Source: a virus
Lineage: Duplodnaviria > Caudoviricetes
DNA: 56,631 bases
IMG/VR virus record: IMGVR_UViG_3300045421_000607
Coordinates: 1 to 56,631 of that record
Reading direction: 5' to 3' (one strand)
Shown here: positions 10,132 through 20,213 of the stretch, in pieces
How positions within the stretch are numbered: the first letter of the stretch is position 1
How the letters are laid out: the number at the start of each line of letters is the position of its first letter
Translations under genes and position numbers: made by a program
Notes under the pieces: generated by a model
What the model was told of the DNA's origin: nothing
The model's database searches: none
The model's input: only the letters and a program-made list of their open reading frames with translations

Positions 10132-10888
10132 TGATTGCTTTCTCCTTCCAGCTTTCAAAAGAGAAGTCATTGCTTGTCATATGTTCTATTTCTGGCTTGT
10201 TGAGGTTAGTCCTGGAATTAATACATCTAAATGTCAAATAAGCTTTAAAATCAGATTTAAGTTTGTAATAGATGCTTTTGACATTAAGTGATGGAAAATT
10301 GTTTGTACCGCAATATTCTAAAACTTTTTGTTTAATTAAACCATCGAATGGCATATTATTCGATTCCAGAAAAAAGATTGGAGAGCAAAAGTCTATCTGA
10401 GGCGCACAGAGGTTATTTTTTAATAAATTATTAAATATAAAAGAATCGTAAAATGGAACACAAAGCAACAATTCTTTGTCGCCCCATATAGACTTTAATG
10501 TTTTATAATCTATCCTGGGCTCATAATAAAAACCATTTTTCGAAGCAATGCTAAATATTTTAATAAGTTTTTTATATCCACTATTATTTTTAAAAAAGAT
10601 AATAAACTTACAATTTTTTGATCTGCTCTCTTCGCTTTTATCTTCCATATTATCTGTAATAGTTATTCTGAGCCCATAGTGTAATTTAATTTTATTTTTT
10701 TTACAATGCGTATAAGCCTGTAAAAATGATGTCATATTGTCTTCTACTAGAAATAATTCTTTTAAAGAATTATCTTTAACAATATTTATAATAGAGTCTG
10801 GGTAAGATTCTGCTTGGGGTTCGTTTTCTAAAGTTAATATTGATCTTCCTATACTGTAGTGTGATTTAAATAAAGGTAATATATCCAT
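10124..10888 (-). CDS. Stand-alone PHP domain of DNA polymerase III alpha
   Basis: KSHYSIGRS, LVEDN, IKLHYG, KNNSGYKKLIKI, GFYYEPRID match the DnaE N-terminus. Confidence 0.85.
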   Translation of the reverse strand: MDILPLFKSHYSIGRSILTLENEPQAESYPDSIINIVKDNSLKELFLVEDNMTSFLQAYTHCKKNKIKLHYGLRITITDNMEDKSEESRSKNCKFIIFFKNNSGYKKLIKIFSIASKNGFYYEPRIDYKTLKSIWGDKELLLCVPFYDSFIFNNLLKNNLCAPQIDFCSPIFFLESNNMPFDGLIKQKVLEYCGTNNFPSLNVKSIYYKLKSDFKAYLTFRCINSRTNLNKPEIEHMTSNDFSFESWKEKAING

Positions 10889-10894
10889 AAGATA

Positions 10895-10922
10895 ATTGTA
10901 TTGATAATATTTATCTTGTCAA
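10895..10922 (-). promoter_or_regulatory. sigma70-type promoter TTGACA-16-TACAAT, ATG 6 nt downstream
   Basis: Read directly upstream of ATG 10888. Confidence 0.75.
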
Positions 10923-11884
10923 TCCAAAAATTCGTCTTTTATGGAAATATTATTATCATTTTTATTTGATAAGGGTTTCCATTTAGGACAACCATCATAG
11001 GTTCTTTTTTCTATTTTGAATCCATTTATATCATCAAATTTGCCTGTAAAATTTGATTCTATCACTTCTCCGTTATCGTCTAGTTTCACATAGTAATCAT
11101 AAGAATCTTTATATGGGCATTTCCAGCTGCCTATTTGGCACATCCATTTATTTTTATCATTATCTGCTGCAAAATTAGCTTTTGCAGATTCATGATTGAA
11201 ATTATTTATATAATCATTAACATGCTCTAAATAATGTTCAAATCCTTTTATTTGGTCTCCTGTAAACACAAGCTCTTGAATTGGTTGTTTGGGAAATCTT
11301 AAAAAGAGGAATTTAACTATTGGTTTTAATTTGGGCCATATTTTTAAACTAGCGAGACTATACATCATGGCTTGGATATTTGCTTCTAGGTCATCTCCTC
11401 TAAATTTATATTTAGAGCTTTTATAGTCAATTATATGCATTTCTTTTTTCTTTTTAATAGGTTTATCAATAAAACCTTTAATATGATATTTAGGCTTATC
11501 ATTTTTTATTTCAAATGGGTATTCTGGCTGGACTATTTTACCGCCTTCTCCAAAGAAATCATGTTTTAATCCGACCATGATCATTTGATCTAGAATTTCA
11601 AAATTCGATTGGTCTAATCCTACTTTGGCTTTTATTTTTTTTACTAATTTAGTAATTGCTTCGCTGCCTTTTATGGAGCCTTTTTTTATTATTTTATTAT
11701 AATGTTTTTTATGTTTTGGATTCAAAAGCAATTCAAAGACGGTGTGACAAATTGTTCCTCTAAGAGCTCCGTCATTTTGGGTTTGAGGAACTTTGGTATG
11801 ATAATTATTCCAATAAGCCCAGGAACAGGTCTCTAATGTTTTAATTCTTGAAGCAGATAAAATTTTTAGATTTTTGTCGCCCAT
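10919..11884 (-). CDS. PD-(D/E)XK exonuclease (RecB/AddB/Cas4-like)
   Basis: LSASRI...C, GTICH, GFID, IIDYKS, Q...Y and C-terminal cysteines. Confidence 0.85.
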   Translation of the reverse strand: MGDKNLKILSASRIKTLETCSWAYWNNYHTKVPQTQNDGALRGTICHTVFELLLNPKHKKHYNKIIKKGSIKGSEAITKLVKKIKAKVGLDQSNFEILDQMIMVGLKHDFFGEGGKIVQPEYPFEIKNDKPKYHIKGFIDKPIKKKKEMHIIDYKSSKYKFRGDDLEANIQAMMYSLASLKIWPKLKPIVKFLFLRFPKQPIQELVFTGDQIKGFEHYLEHVNDYINNFNHESAKANFAADNDKNKWMCQIGSWKCPYKDSYDYYVKLDDNGEVIESNFTGKFDDINGFKIEKRTYDGCPKWKPLSNKNDNNISIKDEFLD

Positions 11885-12777
11885 TGTTTTATCTCTTCTA
11901 TTGACATTTCGCCAAAATCTTTTCTTATTGGCAATTTAATCTGCAATTGTTTCGAGTCAAAATATCTCAAAAGTTTATTCACAGCTTTCTCTGATGCATT
12001 GTTTCCGGCTTTATTTTTGTCTATATCATTATTAAAGGATATATATATTTGATTTGGATCAATCTTTAGTAATAAATTCAATATAGCTATACTTATTTCT
12101 AATCCAAAAGTAACAATAGTATTTTTTATTCCCGCATCCCATAAGGCTAAACAGTCACCGATGCTTTCTATAATATAGACTTCTTTTTTTTCTTTTAAAA
12201 TATTTAAATTTAAAAAAGTTGGGTAGCACCAACTAGATTTATCTCCTAAATGTTTCCATTTGATTTTACTTTCGTTTGTTATGTCTCTTCCAGAAAAGCC
12301 TAAAATTTCTTCTTTACTATTAATTATTGGAAAAACATATCTGTTTTTCATTTTGCCAGCTTTAGCAACTCCACCTTTAAATAAATCCAACGTCTGTTCT
12401 TCAACTCCTCTCTTAACCCAATACTCATGATTTCTTTCTAATTTTAGAAGTAATTCTTTATCAAAGATTTTTTTATCTTTTATTTTGGGTTGATCTTGCT
12501 CTTCGCTTCTTATATAAGAATAATTTTTTTCTTTTAACCAAGTTTTGGCTTGGTCTTCCGATTCTAATCTTAGACTTTTTTTGATTAAAAGCGGAAAATC
12601 TCCGCTAATATTTTCTTTAAAATCTACCCAAAATCCAGTGTCTTTGTATATTCTTAATACTGTATCATTATCGCTTTCTCTATATAAAGGTTTTGCTCTG
12701 TATTCTCTACCATAATCTTTAAGAGAATATCCAATATTAGTTAATATTTGATATATATTGTTTATGTTCTCTTCCAT
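11866..12777 (-). CDS. DNA primase (DnaG-like, TOPRIM)
   Basis: NRYVFPI...GFSGR, YIIESIGD, FNND...AG, KDFGEM. The N-terminal Zn-finger cysteines are absent. Confidence 0.85.
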   Translation of the reverse strand: MEENINNIYQILTNIGYSLKDYGREYRAKPLYRESDNDTVLRIYKDTGFWVDFKENISGDFPLLIKKSLRLESEDQAKTWLKEKNYSYIRSEEQDQPKIKDKKIFDKELLLKLERNHEYWVKRGVEEQTLDLFKGGVAKAGKMKNRYVFPIINSKEEILGFSGRDITNESKIKWKHLGDKSSWCYPTFLNLNILKEKKEVYIIESIGDCLALWDAGIKNTIVTFGLEISIAILNLLLKIDPNQIYISFNNDIDKNKAGNNASEKAVNKLLRYFDSKQLQIKLPIRKDFGEMSIEEIKQWATKI

Positions 12778-13421
12778 CCTAACGCCTCCGAAATAATTGG
12801 ATATTTTTCTATAAAAATATTTTTACATTCATCTGCAATGATTCTGTGTTCTTTTTGAGTGTTATGTTCTGTTCTTAATTCTATATAGTGAACCCAAGAT
12901 CTAAGATTGCCTTTCATATACATGGTTGTCTGTGTGGTTAATGGTAATATCATTCTAGCGACTTCCTTAGCTATACCATTTTCAATCATAGTATTATAAC
13001 AATAATCACTTAAAGAAAGGGTTTCGGCTATTAGATGATTTAAAGAGTTGAAGGCGGGACTATTTTTTGGTAATAAATTTTCTCCAACTTGTCTGTTTTT
13101 ATCTCCTTGTAGTCTTAACTCTACATCTTCGTATTCTGTAGCTAGACTATATCTTTGACTGAATTCTTGAAACGAAAAAGATTTGTGTCTTAAAATCTGA
13201 GCAGCTATAGCTCTACTGGTTTTTATTTCTAGTGTCATGTCTACCATTTCTAGCGGTGACCAATGCTTATGTTTAATTAAAAATTTTAATAATTTTGGTG
13301 CAGTTTCTGTGTTATTTTGATTGGAGGGACTACTAACTCTAGCGCAATAAGCTACTAGGTCTTCTGAATTCAGTACTCCGTCTATATATGGTTGAGTTGA
13401 TGAAATGAATTTTACATTCAT
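12762..13421 (-). CDS. thyX: Flavin-dependent thymidylate synthase
   Basis: HWSPLE, QILRHKSFSFQEFSQRY, EVARMILP, TQKEHR. Confidence 0.95.
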   Translation of the reverse strand: MNVKFISSTQPYIDGVLNSEDLVAYCARVSSPSNQNNTETAPKLLKFLIKHKHWSPLEMVDMTLEIKTSRAIAAQILRHKSFSFQEFSQRYSLATEYEDVELRLQGDKNRQVGENLLPKNSPAFNSLNHLIAETLSLSDYCYNTMIENGIAKEVARMILPLTTQTTMYMKGNLRSWVHYIELRTEHNTQKEHRIIADECKNIFIEKYPIISEALGWKRT

Positions 13422-14902
13422 AGAATTTCTCCATCATTTTCATTTTTATCATTAAGTTCATATTGCTCTCTTTGTCTTTGCGCTATTGTAAGCAAGGAGC
13501 CTCTTTCTTCTATTTTAAAATTATGGACATTATAGTTTAAATAATTTTGAGCCCAAATCTGCTTGCCGCTTGCATCTAGTCTTCTAACTAAATCTTGATG
13601 CCCAGCAGCCTCTCTTCCTTGAAATCTTGTTTTTGTAGGTATTAGTTTGTGAGTACCAAATTCTTGGGTATCTAAGGCTAATTCATCCAAGGTTTTTCTT
13701 CTAAAGATGGCTACAAAAGAGGCAAACCATTGGAGTCTATCTGATAAAGCTATAACAGAACTATCGTCTACAACATTTGCAGCTGTTCTATTAAAGCTTT
13801 CTCCTGTTCTGTTTAATTGCATTGCGGTAACAATTGGGCATTGTATTTCTTCAGATATTCTTTTAAGCTTATCTATTTTTTGGCCTATAGCTTGATGCTC
13901 TGCCCAATTTTGCCCGACTTTTTCTCCAGTGAGTTTGACATAATCATATGCAATTAAAGCTTGGTTTCCTCTGCCGACCTTAGAAAGATACCATCTTCTT
14001 ATAATAGAACAGATTTGATCTATATTTTTACTACCCACGTGATAATGATAGTATTCATGATTTTTTATCACAGCCCAAGCAGCTCTAACTTTGATTGTCA
14101 TCTCTTCATTCTTTCTCCAGTTTCCAGTTTCCAGATACCACATAGGTACATCTGTCATGGAGGATATCATCCTTAATTGAATATCTAAAGTTTGCATCTC
14201 TGTATCTAAAACTAAAGTTTTCGTTTTATTTTGCGGTATTTTACTTGTATTGAAACATATATCATTTATCCAGGTTGATTTGCCTTGTCCAGGTCTGCTA
14301 ACTATAGCGTAAATATTTCCGTTTTTAAGCCCTCCATATAATCTATTAAATTCTTGATAGGGGGTTACTAATCCAACTTCTTCTCTTGGAGAATTTCCTA
14401 TTTCTTCTATGATATCTTCTACGTTTTCGAAGAGATTTACTGGCTCTTCGTTTGATTCATAAGAAGATATTTTGTCATTATAAATGGCATCTGCTTCCGC
14501 TATGATTTTATCAATTGGTTCTTCTCCATTTTGGGAGACATATTTTTTTAATTTTTCAGCTGTTTCAGCAATTTCTCTTCTAATTCTTAGTTTTAGAAGC
14601 TCTTTACAAGCTTTCATTGTAGCTTCTTCAGTAATTTGAGAGAAACTTAAATTATCTATATAGTCGTAGATATTAATGTCGTCTTTAAAAGATATTCCTA
14701 AATTTTTAATTTTCTCGGCTAATAATACTTTATCTACTTTTTCGCCTTTATATTTAGTATTTCTATATACTGCATATATAATAGAGTGAACATTATGAAA
14801 AAAATCATCTTCCGTTAAGAAAATGTCAATATCAGAAAATAGGTGCTGATATTTTATAAGCCCGCTTAATACATGCCGCTCTATCTGAAGAGAATATATC
14901 AT
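13418..14902 (-). CDS. dnaB: Replicative DNA helicase
   Basis: RPGQGKST Walker A, DTEM, YDYVKL, AMQLNR. Confidence 0.9.
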   Translation of the reverse strand: MIYSLQIERHVLSGLIKYQHLFSDIDIFLTEDDFFHNVHSIIYAVYRNTKYKGEKVDKVLLAEKIKNLGISFKDDINIYDYIDNLSFSQITEEATMKACKELLKLRIRREIAETAEKLKKYVSQNGEEPIDKIIAEADAIYNDKISSYESNEEPVNLFENVEDIIEEIGNSPREEVGLVTPYQEFNRLYGGLKNGNIYAIVSRPGQGKSTWINDICFNTSKIPQNKTKTLVLDTEMQTLDIQLRMISSMTDVPMWYLETGNWRKNEEMTIKVRAAWAVIKNHEYYHYHVGSKNIDQICSIIRRWYLSKVGRGNQALIAYDYVKLTGEKVGQNWAEHQAIGQKIDKLKRISEEIQCPIVTAMQLNRTGESFNRTAANVVDDSSVIALSDRLQWFASFVAIFRRKTLDELALDTQEFGTHKLIPTKTRFQGREAAGHQDLVRRLDASGKQIWAQNYLNYNVHNFKIEERGSLLTIAQRQREQYELNDKNENDGEIL

Positions 14903-14910
14903 TCTTTATA

Positions 14911-14939
14911 ATAATAGCTTTTTATATTTTCAAAGTCAA
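14911..14939 (-). promoter_or_regulatory. sigma70-type promoter TTGACT-17-TATTAT, ATG 8 nt downstream
   Basis: Read directly upstream of ATG 14902. Confidence 0.75.
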
Positions 14940-14954
14940 GCAAACTGTTGCACT

Positions 14955-15230
14955 TCAATCTTCTTCTTCGTCTTCTTTTGTTTTTTTTCTATTTTCTTTA
15001 TTAATCGCGTCTGCTGTGGCATCCATATTCATTTGGTCTACTGTGCTTATCCAAGATCCAAGATAATATAGCAAAGCCATCGCATTCATTTGGTTATCGA
15101 ACTTCGTGAAAACCTGTGGGTCTCCGTCGGAATTAAAATTAAATAATACATATCCTCCAAAACTACATTCGTCCAATTGTTTTAATAATTGATTTGGAAA
15201 ATTAAAATTTTTTTTATTCGTCACTACCAC
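14955..15230 (-). CDS. Hypothetical protein (start may be GTG 15224)
   Basis: ORF in the operon with an acidic tail; GTGTAA motif at 15234-15239. Confidence 0.65.
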   Translation of the reverse strand: MVVTNKKNFNFPNQLLKQLDECSFGGYVLFNFNSDGDPQVFTKFDNQMNAMALLYYLGSWISTVDQMNMDATADAINKENRKKTKEDEEED

Positions 15231-15239
15231 AGTTTACAC

Positions 15240-15659
15240 TTAAATAATTAAAATTCCACATTTTTCTTCTATATATTGTGGTGATAGATTTTTTAAATCG
15301 TCTTCATATAATTCTAAAAATTTAAAACTATTCATCTCAAGCCATTTTTCTTTTTTTACATCCCTTTTTATGCTTTCAAGATATTTTAATCTAGAATTAT
15401 CATGAAAAAATTTATTAAAACTTTCATGTTGATCGCCTTGTATCTCAATAGCTATTTTTTTTGTCGCATTTAATATATCAACCTTAAGCCTTGTTCCATA
15501 AACTGGAAATTCTTCATATACTACATGATTTTTCCAATATGCATAAAAGAATTGTTTAAATTTAAATTGAAGTTTACTACGACTTTTTCCATTCCAATCT
15601 ATTAAATTTTTCTTTACATTTTTATTAACGAGTTTACCGTTAACATTTAATAATCTCAT
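15240..15659 (-). CDS. Small PD-(D/E)XK endonuclease (DUF559/Vsr-like)
   Basis: EEF...VDI...AIEIQGDQH...RDVKKEKW. Confidence 0.75.
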   Translation of the reverse strand: MRLLNVNGKLVNKNVKKNLIDWNGKSRSKLQFKFKQFFYAYWKNHVVYEEFPVYGTRLKVDILNATKKIAIEIQGDQHESFNKFFHDNSRLKYLESIKRDVKKEKWLEMNSFKFLELYEDDLKNLSPQYIEEKCGILII

Positions 15660-16801
15660 GACGCAAGAGTTTTAATGAATTTATTATAAAAATAATCTAT
15701 AATTTGCTTATTTTCTTCTAGATATAGTCTTAGATTGTCAATTCCTTGATGTTGTTTTTTAAGATCAATATTAGATTTTTTAAGTTCTTCTATAATCTCG
15801 TCTGAAAATGTAACCCATGCGCCTTTAGCTGTAGCAAATTCCCAAGATAGAATTTGGTCAATTATTTCATACTCTTTCCAAACTGATGACCCTTCTTTGC
15901 GGCCATATTTGATTGGATATTGGACTTTAGAATTTGTTGATTCATTCGTTGATTTTTTGATAGCAATTTTTACATTATGACCAATAATTTTATTTTTAAT
16001 AGGATCATATTTTTCATTTGGTTTTTCAAGAATAAGATCTTTGTTATAACGAGGTTCAAATTCAAGAATCCAGTTCGCAAAATGCAATAACGCATTACCG
16101 CCAGTAGCAGTTGTTTGTCTTACCTCTTTACTTGCCGCATAAGGGTCAAGTTTAATATCAGAACGTACTTGGCTAATAAAAATAGCCATATGTCCACGCT
16201 TTGATAATGCAAGAGAAATCTTCTTCATTAACATTGAAGATATAACTGCTCCTCCAGCGACTTTTGTTGCTTCACTTAAAGTTTTTTCTTTATCACCTTT
16301 AGTAATAAGACCATCAACTGAATCAAGAATAAAAATATATCTTTTATTTTCATCATTTGAATGAATAAGGTCTTTCATTAATTCAGATACTGTTTCAAAA
16401 ATATTGCATTCAAAAACGAAACAGGTTCCGTCTTTCCATTCTTTAGGATCGGTAACAAAATTAATTCCAGATCTATCTTTGATTTCTTTGCTTAATCTTC
16501 CTTCGGCTTTGAAAAGCAAAGCTCTTGAATCTTTTACTGTTTTTAGGAAATTTTTAGCTACTTCTAGTGCTTCCGACGTCTTTCCGCCTTCATTCATTCC
16601 TATGAATCTATGAAGCCCAGGTGACAATCCTCCTCCTGTAGCTATATCCAAATTAAGTGTTCCGGTTGAAACTTTATAATATATTTCGTCTTCGAAATTA
16701 TAATGATCCTCTTTATTATCCTTTAAAAAAGATAATAATCTATCAGACGCAGTTAATCCAGATGATTCTGGCGTCGCGTCCTCTTTAGGCTTTCTTCCCA
16801 T
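15656..16801 (-). CDS. recA: RecA/UvsX-like recombinase
   Basis: STGTLNLDIATGGG, GMNEGGKT, FILDSV, FISQVR, TGGNALLHFA. Confidence 0.9.
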   Translation of the reverse strand: MGRKPKEDATPESSGLTASDRLLSFLKDNKEDHYNFEDEIYYKVSTGTLNLDIATGGGLSPGLHRFIGMNEGGKTSEALEVAKNFLKTVKDSRALLFKAEGRLSKEIKDRSGINFVTDPKEWKDGTCFVFECNIFETVSELMKDLIHSNDENKRYIFILDSVDGLITKGDKEKTLSEATKVAGGAVISSMLMKKISLALSKRGHMAIFISQVRSDIKLDPYAASKEVRQTTATGGNALLHFANWILEFEPRYNKDLILEKPNEKYDPIKNKIIGHNVKIAIKKSTNESTNSKVQYPIKYGRKEGSSVWKEYEIIDQILSWEFATAKGAWVTFSDEIIEELKKSNIDLKKQHQGIDNLRLYLEENKQIIDYFYNKFIKTLAS

Positions 16802-17126
16802 ATGTTACAAATTCTAATAGATTCTTAGGTTTTTGGCAAGTCTTTTTATCTTCTCCAATTTTTTCTGTTTTTATTTTATAAAACTTTTTATCTGGAACGG
16901 GCAAATTTTGAATTTTTATATTTAACTTTAAAAAGTTTTTGCCGTCATCTGTAAAAAACCAAGCTAAGGAAGGTAATTTTAATTCTTTTAAAGAGTTCCA
17001 AAAATTATAGTCTTTATATGTTTTGATTAAAGTTTGAGCTATTTTTATTTCTTTTGGCCAATTTATATTACTATTAATATATTTTTTTACGATAAATTGA
17101 CATAGTTTATGGTTACTTATTTTCAA
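16785..17126 (-). CDS. Hypothetical protein
   Basis: 113-aa ORF overlapping the recA start; TTGACA upstream at ~17157-17162. Confidence 0.65.
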   Translation of the reverse strand: MKISNHKLCQFIVKKYINSNINWPKEIKIAQTLIKTYKDYNFWNSLKELKLPSLAWFFTDDGKNFLKLNIKIQNLPVPDKKFYKIKTEKIGEDKKTCQKPKNLLEFVTYGKKA

Positions 17127-17327
17127 TCTCTTATATATAATATACTTTTAAATCTTTGTCAAATTTTATTGATTGGTTAATGCCAAATCATAGTTATAAT
17201 CTAATACTAATTTATCTACAGTTATGTATTTTGGTCGTATTGAATAGCTACTCTAGCCCTATTATTATTATAAAATATTTTATTTTTTTGCTTTTGTGGA
17301 GGCCACATATTTATGTTAAATTTATAA

Positions 17328-18290
17328 TTAGACTATATCTGCTATATTATTTACAATGGATATATAATTATTATTATATTTGCAAACCCTAAGCCCTTCT
17401 GCTACGGCAAATTTTATAACATCTTCTCCAAGAGAATCAGATATTTTTTTCGCATCTTTATAATTTTTATCATAAGCAATTAAAGAGAAAAAAGCTTTCC
17501 CTGCGTCTGTTATATAACTTCCAAAAATATTTTTGTAATTTGGATCAATTAAAAATAATTCATTTTGTTTTTTTAGAATATGTTCTCTGCAGAAATCTCC
17601 ATGAAAAAATGTGCCATTGTGATGCGGTAGGTTTTTAGCTATAAGTTTTACTTTTTCGCTAGCGTATTCTGCGATTTTGATATTATCTATATAAGTTTGA
17701 AAATTAAAATTGTGTATTTTATTTTCTTTAAAAATATTTAATAAGTTAATCATATCATCTATGTCAACGATGCCGTCGCCCCTTATTCTTGATAAGATAA
17801 TTGTTTGATCATTTAGAAACAAAACCTCTGGAGTTTTAACAATTTTGCTGGCAGTAGCATACCATTCTTTTTCAAATAATGCTGTGGCACATTTTTTAAT
17901 AATTTTTTCTTCTGTAAAAATTATTGAATTTTTTGTAAATGGTCTTTTAATGCCATTAAAATCTTCAAATTGATTTATAGTCATATCGTCAATATATAAA
18001 TCTGCATATTCTTTAGAGAAAGATATTTCATTGTAAGGCACCTCATACATTTCGCAAAATTGCTTGATTAAGTTTTCGTATTTATTTTTTTTTTCTTCTA
18101 ACGTAAGTTTATTTTTTCCTCCTCTTGCTGTGACAATTTTAATGTAACAATTGGTTTCTTTTTTAAGGTCTTTTATTCTTTTTATTAAATCTCGATTTGG
18201 CTCCGATAAAGTTATATGACTTTTGTTCCCCAGAGCCAGAGTGCCATCAAAGTCTACGGATATAATTATATTACTCTGAGATAGATTCAT
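17328..18290 (-). CDS. HAD phosphatase fused to an APH/choline-kinase-like domain
   Basis: VDFDGT, TARG, YIDD (HAD) followed by HGDF...LIDP (kinase). Confidence 0.8.
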   Translation of the reverse strand: MNLSQSNIIISVDFDGTLALGNKSHITLSEPNRDLIKRIKDLKKETNCYIKIVTARGGKNKLTLEEKKNKYENLIKQFCEMYEVPYNEISFSKEYADLYIDDMTINQFEDFNGIKRPFTKNSIIFTEEKIIKKCATALFEKEWYATASKIVKTPEVLFLNDQTIILSRIRGDGIVDIDDMINLLNIFKENKIHNFNFQTYIDNIKIAEYASEKVKLIAKNLPHHNGTFFHGDFCREHILKKQNELFLIDPNYKNIFGSYITDAGKAFFSLIAYDKNYKDAKKISDSLGEDVIKFAVAEGLRVCKYNNNYISIVNNIADIV

Positions 18291-18807
18291 AATAGTCTTC
18301 TACGTCTCCAAATCTTTTAAATGTATTTTCATATATAGCCTTTGCGCCTATCATCCCTGATACAATACTGTTATCTTCCATATTTTTCAATAATATATCT
18401 ATATCCTTTACACAATAAATTCCGCTACATTTTATGTTTGATATATTTTCTTTTTCATTTGATTCTTTAATTATGTTATTTTCTACAATGACAGATCCAT
18501 ATTTTTTTTTATCACTATTAAATACATATACAGAATTAAAATCAATCTTCGTCAAGTCAATTCCAAACGGTATAATATCACAATCTATTATCACTACATT
18601 TTTTTCGTTTTTAATTTCTTGCAAGGTGTGTTTTCTACTAAGTGTTTTTGTCGCCCCGAGTAGTTTTGCATCTGGTATTAAATGCAGAATCCAGTCTATA
18701 ATTCTTCTATTTTTATAATATAATAAATGTTTTTCTTTGGGGCTTATGGCTTTCATTCTTAAGCCTTGTCCGCCAATTGTTACGTAAAATTTATTATTAA
18801 TTTTCAT
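18271..18807 (-). CDS. Sugar-phosphate nucleotidyltransferase
   Basis: GGQGLRM...KHLL, IIDCD, SGIY. Confidence 0.75.
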   Translation of the reverse strand: MKINNKFYVTIGGQGLRMKAISPKEKHLLYYKNRRIIDWILHLIPDAKLLGATKTLSRKHTLQEIKNEKNVVIIDCDIIPFGIDLTKIDFNSVYVFNSDKKKYGSVIVENNIIKESNEKENISNIKCSGIYCVKDIDILLKNMEDNSIVSGMIGAKAIYENTFKRFGDVEDYYESISE

Positions 18808-18840
18808 ATAAAATTAAGTTTATATGATAAGATGGACAAC

Positions 18841-20034
18841 TTATGTCTTTGTGTTTTGTTCTAATTTTTTTAAATCAGATTCAATCATTTTGATTATTAG
18901 TGAATCAAAATTAGTTTTGGGACTCCATCCTAAGTCTTTTCTTGCCATAGACGAATCTCCTAATAAAAGATCTACTTCCGCTGGCCTATAGAGATTTTTA
19001 TTGATTTTTACTAAAGTCAACGGCATATATCTGGACGTTGAATTAATTGCGGTTTTGTATTCTAAATTCTCTGGAATTACATGTTCTGAACTATAGCTCC
19101 AATTTCCAGATATTCCTACGCATTTAAACGCCTTCTCTACAAACTCTTTGATTGTATGAGATTCATTGGACGAAAAAACGTATTCTTTTGGAATACCATC
19201 ATATTTTAAATTATATTTGTCTTGATTTAACATCCTCCACACACCGTCTATAAAATCTTCTGCGTCACTCCAGTCTCTTTTTGCGTCAACATTGCCTAAT
19301 TCTAATGGAGTAAAATTTAAATTAGATTTTATCGCGCGATAAATTTTCGCTATATTTTTCGTTATTTTCCTTGACACAAACTCTTCTCCTCTTCTTGGGC
19401 CTTCATGGTTAAATAACCATCCTTGTATTGCGTATAAATTATATGATTCTCTGTAAACTTTAATTAATTGTCGAGATGCAGCCTTACTTGCACCATATGG
19501 GCTTCTTGGTCTCAAGGGATGTTTTTCGTCTTGAGGGGTATAAATTACGTTACCAAACTCTTCGCTAGATCCAGCTTGGTATAATCTGCAAGAGGGTCTA
19601 TAAAGTCGAATTGCTTCCAAAATATCTAACACAGCTGTAGAATTCGTTTGCCAAGTCTGTCTAGCAAAATCCCAACTGCTTGCGACAAAGCTCTGTGCAG
19701 CAAAATTTATAAAATAATCTGGTTTTAATTTTTCGACTGTTCTTGCTATTGCATGTGCATCTGTAAGATCGAAATTAATTAAATAAAATCTATCAGATTT
19801 AATATGATTAATATTTTCATGATTATAAACGCTAAGTCTTCTGACCCCGCCAAAGATAGTATACTCTGTATTTTTTAATAAATAATCTACCATTAAGCTT
19901 CCATCTTGTCCAGATACACCCGTAACAATTATAGTTTTTTTATCTTTTATTAATTTGGCTGCGTCTTCAATATTCAATATATTAGAGGTATCTATTTTTT
20001 TTCCATAGTACGTTTCTTTAAAATTTAAATTCAT
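18841..20034 (-). CDS. gmd: GDP-mannose 4,6-dehydratase
   Basis: TGVSGQDG, AAQSFV, QAGSSEEFG, PRSPYGASK, FNHEGPRRGEEFVSRKI, KRDW, RPAEV. Confidence 0.95.
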   Translation of the reverse strand: MNLNFKETYYGKKIDTSNILNIEDAAKLIKDKKTIIVTGVSGQDGSLMVDYLLKNTEYTIFGGVRRLSVYNHENINHIKSDRFYLINFDLTDAHAIARTVEKLKPDYFINFAAQSFVASSWDFARQTWQTNSTAVLDILEAIRLYRPSCRLYQAGSSEEFGNVIYTPQDEKHPLRPRSPYGASKAASRQLIKVYRESYNLYAIQGWLFNHEGPRRGEEFVSRKITKNIAKIYRAIKSNLNFTPLELGNVDAKRDWSDAEDFIDGVWRMLNQDKYNLKYDGIPKEYVFSSNESHTIKEFVEKAFKCVGISGNWSYSSEHVIPENLEYKTAINSTSRYMPLTLVKINKNLYRPAEVDLLLGDSSMARKDLGWSPKTNFDSLIIKMIESDLKKLEQNTKT

Positions 20035-20213
20035 TGGGTCTTAGCTTCTGTTATTGTATTATTAATAGATTTGGCTTGTAATTCTAATAAATTAAAATTT
20101 ATTTTTTAATTCTATTTCTAGGATTTTAAATTTTTTATTATTTACTGTAAAGTCATAATAATGACAAATATATAATCCATAAAGCTATAAAAAGTTACAC
20201 CCGCATAATATAA

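Noticed and set aside
10919-11884. CRISPR-Cas system (Cas4-like nuclease)
   Set aside because: No array or other cas genes are present, and the context is a replication operon.
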